Of a stretch of DNA of 64,000 nt, positions 30,622 to 41,026 are shown piece by piece. This stretch comes from Candidatus Hydrogenedentota bacterium. GTDB taxonomy: Bacteria > Hydrogenedentota > Hydrogenedentia > Hydrogenedentales > SLHB01. Location: positions 256,001 to 320,000 of the forward strand of contig CAXXYE010000009.1 in the NCBI GenBank assembly GCA_963674865.2, given 5' to 3'. The position numbers and the translations under genes are program-made. The notes below the pieces were generated by a model that worked only from the letters and a program-made list of their open reading frames with translations, was not told the origin of the DNA and searched no databases. The stretch's first letter is position 1. Every line of letters begins with the position of its first letter.

Positions 30622-31971
30622 ATGATCAGAGAGTCTTCTCTCACAATCGCTGCAGTTTTCGCCGTGATTTCGGTATGGGTAGTGCTTTCCGAATCCTTGC
30701 CCGGCGCTGAGGCGGCTGAGGTCTCCTACGAGCGCTTCGCCTTCACCCAAATCCAGCCGGGGCCTTCTGGAGGAGTGACCAGGACGCTTGTCCTGGCTCA
30801 TGTGACGCCTGACGCCATCGAATTGCGCGACATCTGCACGGGCGTCGACACAGGCGCTCCCTTGTGTGTAAATCGCGGTATTGCTTACACCTACGGCCAA
30901 TACGGGCTGCGCGCAATCGACTTTAGCACAGGTTTGTCCACCACGATTGCCAAGACAATCCGGCCGTACGCGCAGGTGCCGGGCCGGTTCTACTCGCTAC
31001 AGCGTCAAGGGGAGGTTACCGCCGTTCGAGTCTACGACCTGGAGAAGCGCGCCTACCGCGACATCATGTCGTTTTCAGACGAATATAGCCCGCGTCGAAT
31101 TGCTGTGTCTCCCGGCGAGAGGTACCTCGCCTTCCTGACGCTGGCGGACCTGCCCGCCGAAGACGACGACGGCGGCCCATTGCACGAACTGACGGTTATC
31201 GACCTGAAGAACGGAACGCTGAGTCACCCGTGCGCTCCGATAACCTACTGGTCGCCCTCCGTCGCGTCCAGGCCCACGGATAGTCCCCCGTGCCTGTGGG
31301 CCGACGCGAACACGCTCCTGACGGTGCAATCCGAGCAAGGCGAGATCTCCTTCTCCGGCCAGGTTATCCCGGTTGATGTCCCTTCCGGCCCGGCGGGAGA
31401 GGCAGAGATCGCCGTAGGAATTCCCTCGCTGATAAACCGTATCATCCGAATCAACGTAGCGACAGGCGACGTACAGGAGGTCGGGCCGATTCCTGCAAAT
31501 GCGGAATTCACGTTCGCCCGGCTGCGGACTTCTAAGCCCGACGACTTGCCCTACATGGAGGCCGATCGAATTTCATACTACGTCGATGTGGCCAATTGTG
31601 ATCTGATAGAGGATGACCACGTCGGTGGGGCCTTCCGCAGGCTTCGAGGAGAGTCGGGGGAGGATGATCACGTCTTCCACGCCGAGCACCGCTTGGACTC
31701 AGCCTGTACCATCAACAAGATGCGCGTAGCTCCGGATACGCAGCGAGCGGTTTGGTTCGCCTTGGACTTGCCCGAGGAGCCATACACCGGCTTTGTGAGG
31801 TACTACGACTGCCGCCAAGGCCTTGTCCGAACGGTGGTGCAGGGCCACCTGGAATGGTATCCCGTTTGGATTACGGAGGAAGACCTCAGCCCCGACGTGG
31901 CGCCGTGCACACTTGACGACGGATGGCTACCCTTCAATGACTTCGCGTCCGAAGTGTCCCCCCAGGCGTGA
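30622..31971 (+). CDS. Hypothetical secreted beta-propeller-like protein
   Basis: Signal peptide, TolB-like SPGERYLAF and APD segments, own promoter. Confidence 0.65.
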   Translation: MIRESSLTIAAVFAVISVWVVLSESLPGAEAAEVSYERFAFTQIQPGPSGGVTRTLVLAHVTPDAIELRDICTGVDTGAPLCVNRGIAYTYGQYGLRAIDFSTGLSTTIAKTIRPYAQVPGRFYSLQRQGEVTAVRVYDLEKRAYRDIMSFSDEYSPRRIAVSPGERYLAFLTLADLPAEDDDGGPLHELTVIDLKNGTLSHPCAPITYWSPSVASRPTDSPPCLWADANTLLTVQSEQGEISFSGQVIPVDVPSGPAGEAEIAVGIPSLINRIIRINVATGDVQEVGPIPANAEFTFARLRTSKPDDLPYMEADRISYYVDVANCDLIEDDHVGGAFRRLRGESGEDDHVFHAEHRLDSACTINKMRVAPDTQRAVWFALDLPEEPYTGFVRYYDCRQGLVRTVVQGHLEWYPVWITEEDLSPDVAPCTLDDGWLPFNDFASEVSPQA

Positions 31972-31989
31972 TTGACTCCTTTCGGGACT

Positions 31990-32637
31990 CTAAGACACCG
32001 TCAGAAGTTGCCTGATAAGATCGGGGATGTCCGAAGGGCTTTTCGCGGTGTGGTCGGACCCCTCGATCTCGTGTGCGCCCCCGAAGCCATAGGCCGCTCC
32101 GATGGCCAAGGCGCCATTGCGCCGCGCGGCGTCGACGTCATCGCGACGATCGCCAACCATCACCACCGGGCGAATGGAGATGCTCTCCATCACGCATCGC
32201 ACCATGCTTGCCTTGCCTTCGTATCTGGTGCCGCGCGCGAGCACTGTCGCGAAGAAAGAACGAACTCCGTGGGCGTCCATGAACGTATCCACATACGCAT
32301 CCGGCCCATTCGAGCACGCGGCAAGCGTGTGCCCCTGAGCGCCCAGACGCTCCAACATATCCGTCACGCCTGGATACAGCGCGCCTTCTTCACCTATCAG
32401 CGCTAGTTCCAGCGTATTCGTCGCCTCGATGACGGCCGCGACCTGCTTCTCGGGACACTGCGCCGCCAGCCAGCCCTCGTATTCCTCCGCAGGTTTGCCG
32501 AAAAACGATTCGATGGCGGAGGCCTCGGGAATCGGCAGGCCAAACGAATCGAATGTCCGCTGTACCGCCGGCACCGTCACGAGGTCTGCCCGGAAAAGTG
32601 TGCCGTCAATGTCGAATATGATAAGAGCGCGTTGCAC
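31990..32637 (-). CDS. HAD-family hydrolase
   Basis: FDIDGTL, CSN, K, VGDRRDD. Confidence 0.9.
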   Translation of the reverse strand: MQRALIIFDIDGTLFRADLVTVPAVQRTFDSFGLPIPEASAIESFFGKPAEEYEGWLAAQCPEKQVAAVIEATNTLELALIGEEGALYPGVTDMLERLGAQGHTLAACSNGPDAYVDTFMDAHGVRSFFATVLARGTRYEGKASMVRCVMESISIRPVVMVGDRRDDVDAARRNGALAIGAAYGFGGAHEIEGSDHTAKSPSDIPDLIRQLLTVS

Positions 32638-32781
32638 TTTTGCTGAATCTCCAAGCAGTTGGATGTGACGCGCGAATTCTAGCAGGAGTCGGTGGACGTG
32701 TTACAGGGGTCGGGAATACGCCTAGCCTTCTGACTCAGGATTGACCTTGCCTATCCGCAGAGGAAGAAACGCCAAGAAGAA

Positions 32782-32843
32782 GCGAAAAACTGGGACTGAC
32801 ACAAGCGGAGCGAAGCGAAGACGTGTCTGTCCCTGCTTTTCGC
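32782..32843. repeat. REP-like imperfect palindrome
   Basis: GCGAAAA.CTGGGACTGACAC...GTGTCTGTCCCTGCTTTTCGC arms around a GCGGAGCGAAGC loop. Confidence 0.55.
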
Positions 32844-33004
32844 CCTGTTTTTTCCGGCAAAAATGAGACGCCATCAGTATGAGTCATACCTCTAGGTCGT
32901 GGGCGCCCGCCGCAGCGTTTGCATGGGCCGTGGCGTTCCTGTTGAAATGGTGCGCAGCCGCCGGAGCCATTCCACTCCGCATGCGAGGGGAGCAAAGGAA
33001 AGTC

Positions 33005-34432
33005 ATGCAATACAAGATCCCTGAGCTTTCTGCCGCCATCGAGGAGGCTGGCGCCAGCTTCAATGCATTGTTTCAGGAGCCTCGCGACGGCGCCTTGGCG
33101 ATCCGCGCCACGCTCCACCAGGCGATCCTTGACGCCTACGTGCGCCTCCTGGCCTGTATCCGCTCGGAACTCCAGGCGCTCGGCCAAGATACTTCCGAGG
33201 CGAGCCGCTATTTCCTCCACAACGGCGACGCGCCGGACTCCATCGACTACATGAACCGCCTCGCGGACGGCAGCCACGGCCGGCCTTTTGCGCAATGCCT
33301 TCAGGAGGCTGTATGGGACGCCGTGCGCGGCCGGTGGCCCCTCGATGAGGCGGGCGATGCGCTGGCCCAAGACCCTGTTCTTATCCATGTGCTACAGCAT
33401 GCCGCCCGCCTCTTCAAACGGGCGCTCGCGGCGCCGGAAGCGTATATGCGATTCCTCGCAGAGCATGTGCCCAGCACACCTGCCGGGCTCGCGCCGCGTC
33501 TCGATCCGCGCGGCCTCGGACAATTCGATGCAAGACATACCTTGGAAGGTGTGCCCATCGAAGCGCTCACCGCCGAGGATCTCCAAGGTATCAAGGACTC
33601 GCTCAAGGCCCTCGATGATTTCGCCACGGGCCGCACCTTCCGCGCCGTCGGACGCGCCGTCATCCCCTGCGCCGTCGGCGATATCCGCAAACTCCAGGAT
33701 TTCTACGGCTACAAGGCGGAACGCCGCTTCTTCGCCGACCACTTCAGCGCCTTTGCGACAGGCGGGAAGGTGGATCCCCTGCTCCTGCAGGGATTGCCCG
33801 GCGTCGGCAAGACACACCTCACCATCGCCTACGCGCTATCTCGCCCCGAGATCATCCTCATCCACGCCGAACAAGAGCAGCTTCAAGACGACCTCGAATC
33901 CATTATCGACTACCTTCGCCGCTTTCATTACCGGCGGTTTGTGTTGTTCTTCGATGATGTCGACCCCGAGCGCGTTGAGTGGTCCATGTTCCGGCATCAG
34001 GTGGACGGCTACCTGCCGTACGCCACCAATGTCGCCATTGTCATCGCGTCCAACTACGACTTCCCCGCCCGAATTCGGAGCCGCTGCTTGGCCCACGACT
34101 TCCGCCCCATGGATCCGGACGTCTGCGAGGAGTTCGTGGCCGATTACCTTTTCAAGCACAAGGGCATCCGCTGCGAGGACGAAACGCTTCTATCCGGACT
34201 CGTCTCAACCATTGCCTGCGACTTCGTTCACGAGTACCGCAACGGCCCGCTCAACGAGTTGAGCCCGCGGAGCATTGCCCGCTACTTCGACATGCTCGAC
34301 GCCCGCCCTCAGCGCATGAAGGGACTCATATCAAAGGCCGGGATGGGCATTATCCAGTTGCCGGACGAGGATACCTTCATCGAGTCCGCAAGACGTATTC
34401 AGGAGATGCTCCAGGAGGAACGTGAAGAGTGA
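33005..34432 (+). CDS. AAA+ ATPase (DUF815-like)
   Basis: Walker A GLPGVGKT, Walker B FVLFFDD, sensor ASN. Confidence 0.75.
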   Translation: MQYKIPELSAAIEEAGASFNALFQEPRDGALAIRATLHQAILDAYVRLLACIRSELQALGQDTSEASRYFLHNGDAPDSIDYMNRLADGSHGRPFAQCLQEAVWDAVRGRWPLDEAGDALAQDPVLIHVLQHAARLFKRALAAPEAYMRFLAEHVPSTPAGLAPRLDPRGLGQFDARHTLEGVPIEALTAEDLQGIKDSLKALDDFATGRTFRAVGRAVIPCAVGDIRKLQDFYGYKAERRFFADHFSAFATGGKVDPLLLQGLPGVGKTHLTIAYALSRPEIILIHAEQEQLQDDLESIIDYLRRFHYRRFVLFFDDVDPERVEWSMFRHQVDGYLPYATNVAIVIASNYDFPARIRSRCLAHDFRPMDPDVCEEFVADYLFKHKGIRCEDETLLSGLVSTIACDFVHEYRNGPLNELSPRSIARYFDMLDARPQRMKGLISKAGMGIIQLPDEDTFIESARRIQEMLQEEREE

Positions 34433-34470
34433 CCTTACTGCGATTCCGCCGCGGACGGCCCCGTGGCCCG

Positions 34471-35262
34471 CTACCGCGGCGACATGAGTTCCCGCCAATT
34501 CTCGGGCAGGTACCGGGCCTGATCGGAGGGATCGTCGTAGGCAATGCCTTGTGGGCGGTACGGCAGATTCAAGCCCGCCCACCGGCTGGCGGCCATGCTC
34601 GTCACCGAGCCATCCAGCCAGAGCACATTTTCAGGCCCAGGAATGTGATTGGGAAAGACCCCCCTAAGGCCCGCGGAGAACAGAGGCGACTGAGACTGAT
34701 TGTATTCCGTCAAGCCGCCATTCAGATCCCACATGATGGGCACTCTCGGCATGGGGCCATCAGGCGGCGGAACGGTGATGGGGGCCTTCGTGTAGGCGCC
34801 GAAGTAGTCGTAGCTGCTGCGATAGCTTCCGTGCGCCTCAATATAAGCGTTGTCGAACCGGAGCACGCCGCTGTTCCCGATCATCAACATCTCCGGGGGA
34901 TCATCGCCGTCGCTGGGGCAGAAGAACAGCCGCGCCTCGGAAACGTAGTCCAGGTAGAATCCCTCGAGACAGTCCGCGTTTCCCCCTCCCTCGCTCCAGG
35001 GAAGCTGCCCGTTGTGCTCCTCAGCATAGAGCCACATGGCCGTGCCGAGTTGCGACAAATTGGCCATACAGGCCACCCGTCGTCCGTGTTCACGACACTT
35101 CGCCAAGGCGGGCAAGAGCATCGACGCGAGGATGCCAATGATGGCGATCACGGCCAGCAGCTCAATAAGCGTGAAGCCGCCCGCCCGGCTTGGGCAATGG
35201 GGCCTGTATGTCACTGTGCCCGCCTTCTTGTGCTTTGCCGGCAGACTGCCAAACACATTCAT
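34471..35262 (-). CDS. Prepilin-type DUF1559-like protein
   Basis: [40 protein letters not shown]....NVLWLDG. Confidence 0.9.
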   Translation of the reverse strand: MNVFGSLPAKHKKAGTVTYRPHCPSRAGGFTLIELLAVIAIIGILASMLLPALAKCREHGRRVACMANLSQLGTAMWLYAEEHNGQLPWSEGGGNADCLEGFYLDYVSEARLFFCPSDGDDPPEMLMIGNSGVLRFDNAYIEAHGSYRSSYDYFGAYTKAPITVPPPDGPMPRVPIMWDLNGGLTEYNQSQSPLFSAGLRGVFPNHIPGPENVLWLDGSVTSMAASRWAGLNLPYRPQGIAYDDPSDQARYLPENWRELMSPR

Positions 35263-35269
35263 CCTCCCG

Positions 35270-35716
35270 TCACCGCCTTAACCGCTTGAACTCGCGCCAA
35301 CACAGTTCCCGCATGTCGCCGGAGCGACTGAAGGCCGTCTCCGCCGTCACGCGTGTCCGCGCGATCACGAAGTCGTCCCCAAGAAGCTCGCCCGTCGACA
35401 CGATCTGATAAGTTCGAGGGCCTTCACGCGGCACGACCTCGACGGAGAACCGGCCATGGCCGAGAGGCGTGTCGGCCTCGCCCCGGTAGCCATCCGGCCC
35501 GCGGCCAAGTTCCGCCAGGGCCTTCTCGATTCCAGCCTCGGCTAGCGCCCCCGCCGCCTCGTGGCCCTCGGCCCGTGTCTCCGCCGACAATGCCCGGTTC
35601 AACAGCGTTAGGAACGTGCCTGCCGTCAACATCAGGATGGCCAGATAACCCAGTGCAAGATAGAGAGCGACGCCATTACTCTCACGCCGCGCGCCCGGTT
35701 TCGCGAACCCGCCCAT
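35270..35716 (-). CDS. PilX/GspK-like minor pilin
   Basis: G|VALYLAL with no E5, and [10 protein letters not shown]. Confidence 0.7.
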   Translation of the reverse strand: MGGFAKPGARRESNGVALYLALGYLAILMLTAGTFLTLLNRALSAETRAEGHEAAGALAEAGIEKALAELGRGPDGYRGEADTPLGHGRFSVEVVPREGPRTYQIVSTGELLGDDFVIARTRVTAETAFSRSGDMRELCWREFKRLRR

Positions 35717-35718
35717 GG

Positions 35719-36306
35719 CTATCGCCTCCCGCCGGGCGCGACGCCCCTCGGCGTGGCGCAGAATCGATGCAGTGTCGGCGGCCGGCCCTCTGGCCGCGTG
35801 TGGTGCGTTTCGAGTTCGAGTGCCACCAAACAACGAGGGGAACCGGGCTCTCCCTCATAGGTGAACCGGACGCAGTCAAAAAACCGCTCGTGTGTAATGA
35901 TCTCCCCGATCTCGTATCCCGACGCTCCTTGCGTCGCCACCAGTTTCGCCACGCGGCCTGGTTTCCCCAGGACGCCGAACACGACGGCGCGCGCCGCGCC
36001 ATCATCCCTCGGCGGAAGTCCAAGTACCACCTGCTCCGCCCCGGTTCGGTGCGGCCCGAAAGCACTGAGTATCCCGGACGATGCGCGCACGGTGTCCGTG
36101 AAGTCACGCTGGATCGCCTCCATCTGGCTGAATCGCTCGACGGCGGACGTCGCGCGTTGCGAAAGGCGCACGCTGCTGACGAACGTCCCCGCCGCCAGAT
36201 TGATGAGCACGCCCAGCACCGCGATGCAACCCAGCAATTCAATGAGAGTTATCCCAAGGACGGCGCCGCGCGCGCGTCGATTGACATTCGAGCGCCCGTC
36301 CCTCAT
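35719..36306 (-). CDS. Prepilin-type minor pilin (GspJ/PilW-like)
   Basis: G|ITLIELL N-methylation motif. Confidence 0.8.
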   Translation of the reverse strand: MRDGRSNVNRRARGAVLGITLIELLGCIAVLGVLINLAAGTFVSSVRLSQRATSAVERFSQMEAIQRDFTDTVRASSGILSAFGPHRTGAEQVVLGLPPRDDGAARAVVFGVLGKPGRVAKLVATQGASGYEIGEIITHERFFDCVRFTYEGEPGSPRCLVALELETHHTRPEGRPPTLHRFCATPRGVAPGGRR

Positions 36307-36734
36307 GAGGTCCTATCCCCTATCAACGTAACCATGGACTTCTCGATTCTGCGCCCGTGCTCGCCCGTCCAAACGACGCGCACCGTCACCTCCTTTAGAC
36401 GGAGCGCGCTGTCCCCGTAGTCGCTGATGGTAACGGACGGTCGCGCGTTCACCAGCGTCGCCAATTGCGGCGTCTCGCTCACGAAAGCCCCCTGGGCGAC
36501 GTTCTCCAGAGCGGCGTAGGGCCGGGCCCGCAAGGTTTCGAGTTCATTCTCGATGGCGCCCAAAGCGATGCTCGACTCCCGCAACGCCTCCAGTTTGGCC
36601 GTGCCGAAGTTGTACATCACGATCACGCCAAAGAGCCCCACCATCAGGATCGAGAACGCGACGGTAAGCTCCATAAGCATGAAGCCCGCTTGTCTACGCG
36701 TTACCATTCCCGCCTCTCCGGGCCTGTGAATCAT
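36303..36734 (-). CDS. Prepilin-type minor pilin (GspI/PilV-like)
   Basis: G|FMLMEL; C-terminal LKEVTVRVVW. Confidence 0.8.
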   Translation of the reverse strand: MIHRPGEAGMVTRRQAGFMLMELTVAFSILMVGLFGVIVMYNFGTAKLEALRESSIALGAIENELETLRARPYAALENVAQGAFVSETPQLATLVNARPSVTISDYGDSALRLKEVTVRVVWTGEHGRRIEKSMVTLIGDRTS

Positions 36735-36767
36735 CCTGTCATGCCTTCCTCGTGCCGCCTTCGCCGC

Positions 36768-38045
36768 CTACGCCACCGGCAGCACGCGCCGGAGTTCCTC
36801 GAGCGTCGTCGCGCCTTGCCGGGCCTTTTCTATCCCGTTCTCCGTCAACGTCACCATGTGATCGCGCAACGCCGCCTCGTGCAGTGTCTTCGTTCGCGGC
36901 CGCGACAAGATCAAATCGGCGAGTTCCTCGTTCATCGTAAGCATCTCGCCGATGGCCGTCCGCCCGTGATAGCCGATATCCTGGCATTGCGGGCAACCCG
37001 TCCCATGGGCAAAATGCACGTCCGTCTCGTCCGCCAGACCGAAATGCCTCACCAATGCTTCATGGGGCTCGTAGGGCGCGGAGCAGTCCGGGCAGTTCAA
37101 GCGCACCAGCCGCTGCGCCAGCACGCCGTTTACCGATGACGCCACGAGGAACGGCTCGACGCCCATGTCCAAGAGGCGCGTGAACACCCCCGCGGCCGTC
37201 CCGCTGTGGATGGTGCTGATCACCAGGTGCCCCGTCAGTCCGGCCTGGATGGCCGTCCGGGCCGTTTCCGGATCGCGGATCTCGCCCACCATGATCACTT
37301 CGGGATCCTGCCGCAGCATCGCCCGCAAAGCGGCTTCGAAGGTGAAGCCGGCATGCGGGGCCACTTGCGCCTGCGCAATCGTGCCCAGCGGATACTCGAC
37401 GGGATCCTCGATGGTGACGATGTGGGCTGAAGGCACGCGCGTGGCCATCATCTCGCGCAGCAGCCCGTAGATGGTGGTCGTCTTGCCGCTCGAACTCGGC
37501 CCGGTGAGCAGGATGGTTCCCTGGGGGCGCGAGATCAGCTCTCGCAGCGCGCCAATTACCTCCGCGCGGAAACCGAGTTGATCGAGCGCGAGCAGGTCAT
37601 GCCGCGCGCCGAGAATGCGCAGCACCGTCTTCTCGCCATAGATCGTCGGAAACGTCGAAACGCGCATCGCCTGGCCGCATCGCGTCCCGTCGTTGGGGAT
37701 GCTGCCGTCCTGCGGTTTGTCTTTCTGATACACCACCATTCTCGCGAGCACCTTGATGCGCGCGATAATCTTCTCCTGATCGTATTTCGGCAGCCGCGCA
37801 ATATCGTGAAGAATGCCGTCGATGCGGTAGCGCAGCGCCAGGCAGTCCTCCCACGGCTCGAAGTGAAGATCGCTTGCCCGGTGGTACGCCGCCTGCGTGA
37901 TCGCCACGTCCACCGCGTTGACAACATCCCCGTCATCGCCCTCAAGTTCCGTCAGCAGCGCCGGCTCGATGTCTTTCAACGGCAGCGGCTGCGAGGGCTC
38001 CGGCGCTTCCGGTTTTTGCTTCTTGCGAAATCGTAACGCGGCCAT
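36768..38045 (-). CDS. GspE/PilB-family assembly ATPase, short form (start may be 38096)
   Basis: ASDLHFEP, GPSSSGKTT, TIEDPVE, LRQDPEVIMVGEIRD, AQRLVR, CPDC..CPQC zinc motif. Confidence 0.93.
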   Translation of the reverse strand: MAALRFRKKQKPEAPEPSQPLPLKDIEPALLTELEGDDGDVVNAVDVAITQAAYHRASDLHFEPWEDCLALRYRIDGILHDIARLPKYDQEKIIARIKVLARMVVYQKDKPQDGSIPNDGTRCGQAMRVSTFPTIYGEKTVLRILGARHDLLALDQLGFRAEVIGALRELISRPQGTILLTGPSSSGKTTTIYGLLREMMATRVPSAHIVTIEDPVEYPLGTIAQAQVAPHAGFTFEAALRAMLRQDPEVIMVGEIRDPETARTAIQAGLTGHLVISTIHSGTAAGVFTRLLDMGVEPFLVASSVNGVLAQRLVRLNCPDCSAPYEPHEALVRHFGLADETDVHFAHGTGCPQCQDIGYHGRTAIGEMLTMNEELADLILSRPRTKTLHEAALRDHMVTLTENGIEKARQGATTLEELRRVLPVA

Positions 38046-38101
38046 TAATCCATGTGTCCTCCGCTTCCGCTCGTCATCCTGTGCTGTGCTCCTCACACCT
38101 T

Positions 38102-39256
38102 CTACATCATCCAGTCCAGAATCGTCGTCATAAACTCAAATATGCCCGCTGTCACAATGAGTGAGATGCATCCTAATCCGAACACACCCAGCGGCATGAC
38201 GGTGTCGATCAAGATCCGCTGAGCCTTGGCCACGTCCCGCTCGTAGAGGTCCGCGATCCGCCGGAAGCCCTCGTCGAGCTGCCCCGACCTTTCGCCAAGG
38301 CCCACCAGTGCGCTGAAAGCTCTCGGCAGGCTGGGCATGTTGCTCTCGAAGGCGGCGTATACCGATTGGCCCGCGCGTACGGACGTCCTGACTCGCTCGA
38401 GCCCACGCGCATGCCGAGGCATGATATCCAAGTCCATCGCACTCGTCAGCGCACGATCCACCGGCACGCCGGCCCGTACCAACTTCTCCATAACCGAGGC
38501 CACTCGGCAGAGGTCGCGCTTGATCACCATTCCCCTTAGAAACGGTACCAGCATGCCTACGGCCAGCAATCCATGGCGGATTACGCTTCGCCCCCGTATC
38601 GACTTGCAGGGAATTGCGAGGATAATCCCCGCCGTTGCCAGGCATATGAGCAGGGCGGGCCGCGCAGCCAAGTACCGAAACCGCGCGCCGGCATCCAGCA
38701 GGAACTGCAGTTTTCCGGGAACACGCGTCCCGACCTCTTGGAGCATTTGGGCGAATACGGGCGCGGTTCGAGTGCATGTGAAGAGCGCCAGCAGACACTG
38801 AATGAACAGGACGGTGAACAGGTAGCCCAGCCAGCCCGCAACAGATTGGCTCAGTGTCATGCGCCGCGTCACTTCGTCCGCCAATTCGTCCAGGCTCTCG
38901 CCCAGCCGGCCCGAATGCTCCCCGGCCTCAACGAGCTCCGCATAGTAACTCGGGAAGAAGCGAGGTAAACGACGCATCGCTGCCGACAGCGAATCCCCTG
39001 CCTCGATAGTGTCATGGAGCCTTTCCAGAATGGCCTGCATGCCTGACCCCGGCGCATCCAGGGCCGCGGCCTGCAAGCCGCCCGCCAGGGGCGCGTTTGC
39101 TCGCACGATGGATGCGAGCTGAGCGATGACCTTCAGCAGATCCTTTCTGCGTCGGCCGGAGCGCCAATACCGCGGCCCTTGCCAGGAGGGCCTCTTGCGC
39201 CGGCCGCCGAAGAGCCAGGCGCCGAGGTCGGTTTTCAGTATTGCTCGCCAGTTCAT
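38102..39256 (-). CDS. GspF/PilC-family platform protein, copy 2
   Basis: Two T2SSF domains (AGEHSGRL, GERSGQLD). Confidence 0.9.
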   Translation of the reverse strand: MNWRAILKTDLGAWLFGGRRKRPSWQGPRYWRSGRRRKDLLKVIAQLASIVRANAPLAGGLQAAALDAPGSGMQAILERLHDTIEAGDSLSAAMRRLPRFFPSYYAELVEAGEHSGRLGESLDELADEVTRRMTLSQSVAGWLGYLFTVLFIQCLLALFTCTRTAPVFAQMLQEVGTRVPGKLQFLLDAGARFRYLAARPALLICLATAGIILAIPCKSIRGRSVIRHGLLAVGMLVPFLRGMVIKRDLCRVASVMEKLVRAGVPVDRALTSAMDLDIMPRHARGLERVRTSVRAGQSVYAAFESNMPSLPRAFSALVGLGERSGQLDEGFRRIADLYERDVAKAQRILIDTVMPLGVFGLGCISLIVTAGIFEFMTTILDWMM

Positions 39257-39287
39257 CGGTTCTTCCAGGCTTTTCCCTCGTTCGTCA

Positions 39288-40499
39288 TCACAGGAATGCG
39301 CTCGATAGACTGAACAGCGGCAGGTACAGAGACACTACAATGAAGCCGACTGCCAAGCCGACGGCGAATATCACGACCGGCCCCATGGTGGCGGCGAGAA
39401 GTCGTTGGTGCCGGTTTACCTCTCTCTCGTAGGCTTCCGCAAGACTCAGCAGCGCGTTTTCCGGCTCGCCGCGGCTCTCCCCTGTGGCCAGCAGCCAGCA
39501 GAAACTGTGATCGAATACACCCGTAGCCGCCAGTGCATCCGCCAGCGCATTTCCCCTCGCGACTGCTTGCGTAGCCTTCTGAATGGCTTCGTCGATCACC
39601 GCATTTCCCGAAGCCGCCGCCGCCAGGTCCAGACTCTCTGCTACCGGCACGTGGCCCCCAAGCAGCAGCCCGAGCGAACGGCTGAAACGCGCCATAGAGA
39701 CGCCCTTGAACACACGTGAAAAGCCTGGAACGCGGAGTTTCAGCCGATCAAGCACGTACCGCCCCCGCCGCGATCGCAGCGCCCGCCTGCGCATCACCAT
39801 CAGGAGTGTCACGGACGCGCAGGCTACTACGGCAACGGCAAGGCCGTTGTTATGTAGATCCCTTGCGAGGTTTATCGTCAATTGCGTCGGGGCAGGCAGG
39901 CCCCTGCCGAATTCCCAGTAGACTTCCTCAAGAACAGGAACCACCCGCAAGAGCAGGAAACCTACCACCAAGCACGTAACGGCGAGCACGACCACCGGAT
40001 AGGCCATCGCCTCCTGCGCCAGATTCTTGATCTCCACCATCCGGCCGGAGTAGGCGGACAGAAGCGACAGAACGCCCGAGAGATTGCCCGTTCGCTCCCC
40101 GGCTCGTAGGATGCTGACGTAGACGGGAGTGAAACTCTCCGGATGTTTCGATATGGCCTCCTCGAGCGTCAAGCCCCGCTCGAGATCGTGTCCCACTTCT
40201 TCGATGATCCGCCTGAGTCGCTTGTTCCCCAAGTCCTGCGCCAACGCCGCAAGCGACGGCGCAAGAGGCAGCCCGCCCTTCACGATAGCCAACAACTGAT
40301 CGTTAAAGAGCGCAAGATCTTCCCACGTGAGGCGCCTCTTCCGTTGTGGGATGCCCAGGCGTCCGACTTCATCGACGGACGTTACTTCAAAGCCGCGCTC
40401 CCGAAGCGTCCGAACCAGATCCTGGGCGGAGCCGGCCTCCGTGGTTCCCCCGTCGGCTCTGCCGTCCGGTGTCGTGACGCGATATCGGTAGCGGGCCAT
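39288..40499 (-). CDS. GspF/PilC-family platform protein, copy 1
   Basis: MARYRYR, AGERTGNL, MAYP, LPAPT, SLYLPLF. Confidence 0.93.
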   Translation of the reverse strand: MARYRYRVTTPDGRADGGTTEAGSAQDLVRTLRERGFEVTSVDEVGRLGIPQRKRRLTWEDLALFNDQLLAIVKGGLPLAPSLAALAQDLGNKRLRRIIEEVGHDLERGLTLEEAISKHPESFTPVYVSILRAGERTGNLSGVLSLLSAYSGRMVEIKNLAQEAMAYPVVVLAVTCLVVGFLLLRVVPVLEEVYWEFGRGLPAPTQLTINLARDLHNNGLAVAVVACASVTLLMVMRRRALRSRRGRYVLDRLKLRVPGFSRVFKGVSMARFSRSLGLLLGGHVPVAESLDLAAAASGNAVIDEAIQKATQAVARGNALADALAATGVFDHSFCWLLATGESRGEPENALLSLAEAYEREVNRHQRLLAATMGPVVIFAVGLAVGFIVVSLYLPLFSLSSAFL

Positions 40500-40993
40500 T
40501 ATCTCTCCTCCAGCGATTGGGCGCCCAAGTTGCGCTCTATCTGTATGCGCCTGTCCAGCGCCGGCCAGAATACCGTGGGGCGTATCCGCTCAACGTACGC
40601 CCCGCTGTCCGAGAAATCCTCATTCCACGATGGCGGGCCCAGGCGCTCCACATGAAACGCGAGATGTCCCAGCAGGCTGAAAGTCATCACCAGCATGGCC
40701 GCAACCGCTAGCCGGCGGACCACGTGGCCGAAGAGAATCCGGCGCGCATGCCGCCTCAAAGACAGCTGTCGAGCATCCTCATTCATGGAGGCGCGGAGCT
40801 CTTCGAAGCGGTTCTCCGGACAAGGGTGCTGCGATGCCGCGCGGCAAAGCGCCAGCAGTTGCTCGAGCTCGTCGTGCTGCTCGCGGCATAGATAACACGA
40901 GGCCAGATGCTCACACACCTCGGCTTGCCTCGCCTGCGATAGCTCGCCTTCGATGTACTCGGGGAGATCCCTCCGGACCTCTCTACAGTGCAT
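40499..40993 (-). CDS. zf-HC2 (ZAS) anti-sigma factor with a TM segment
   Basis: C..VR..L.EYIEGEL, HLASCYLC, hydrophobic helix. Confidence 0.88.
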   Translation of the reverse strand: MHCREVRRDLPEYIEGELSQARQAEVCEHLASCYLCREQHDELEQLLALCRAASQHPCPENRFEELRASMNEDARQLSLRRHARRILFGHVVRRLAVAAMLVMTFSLLGHLAFHVERLGPPSWNEDFSDSGAYVERIRPTVFWPALDRRIQIERNLGAQSLEER

Positions 40994-41026
40994 GATTCGT
41001 TTCCTCGATCGTTCGTGCCGCTTCGT

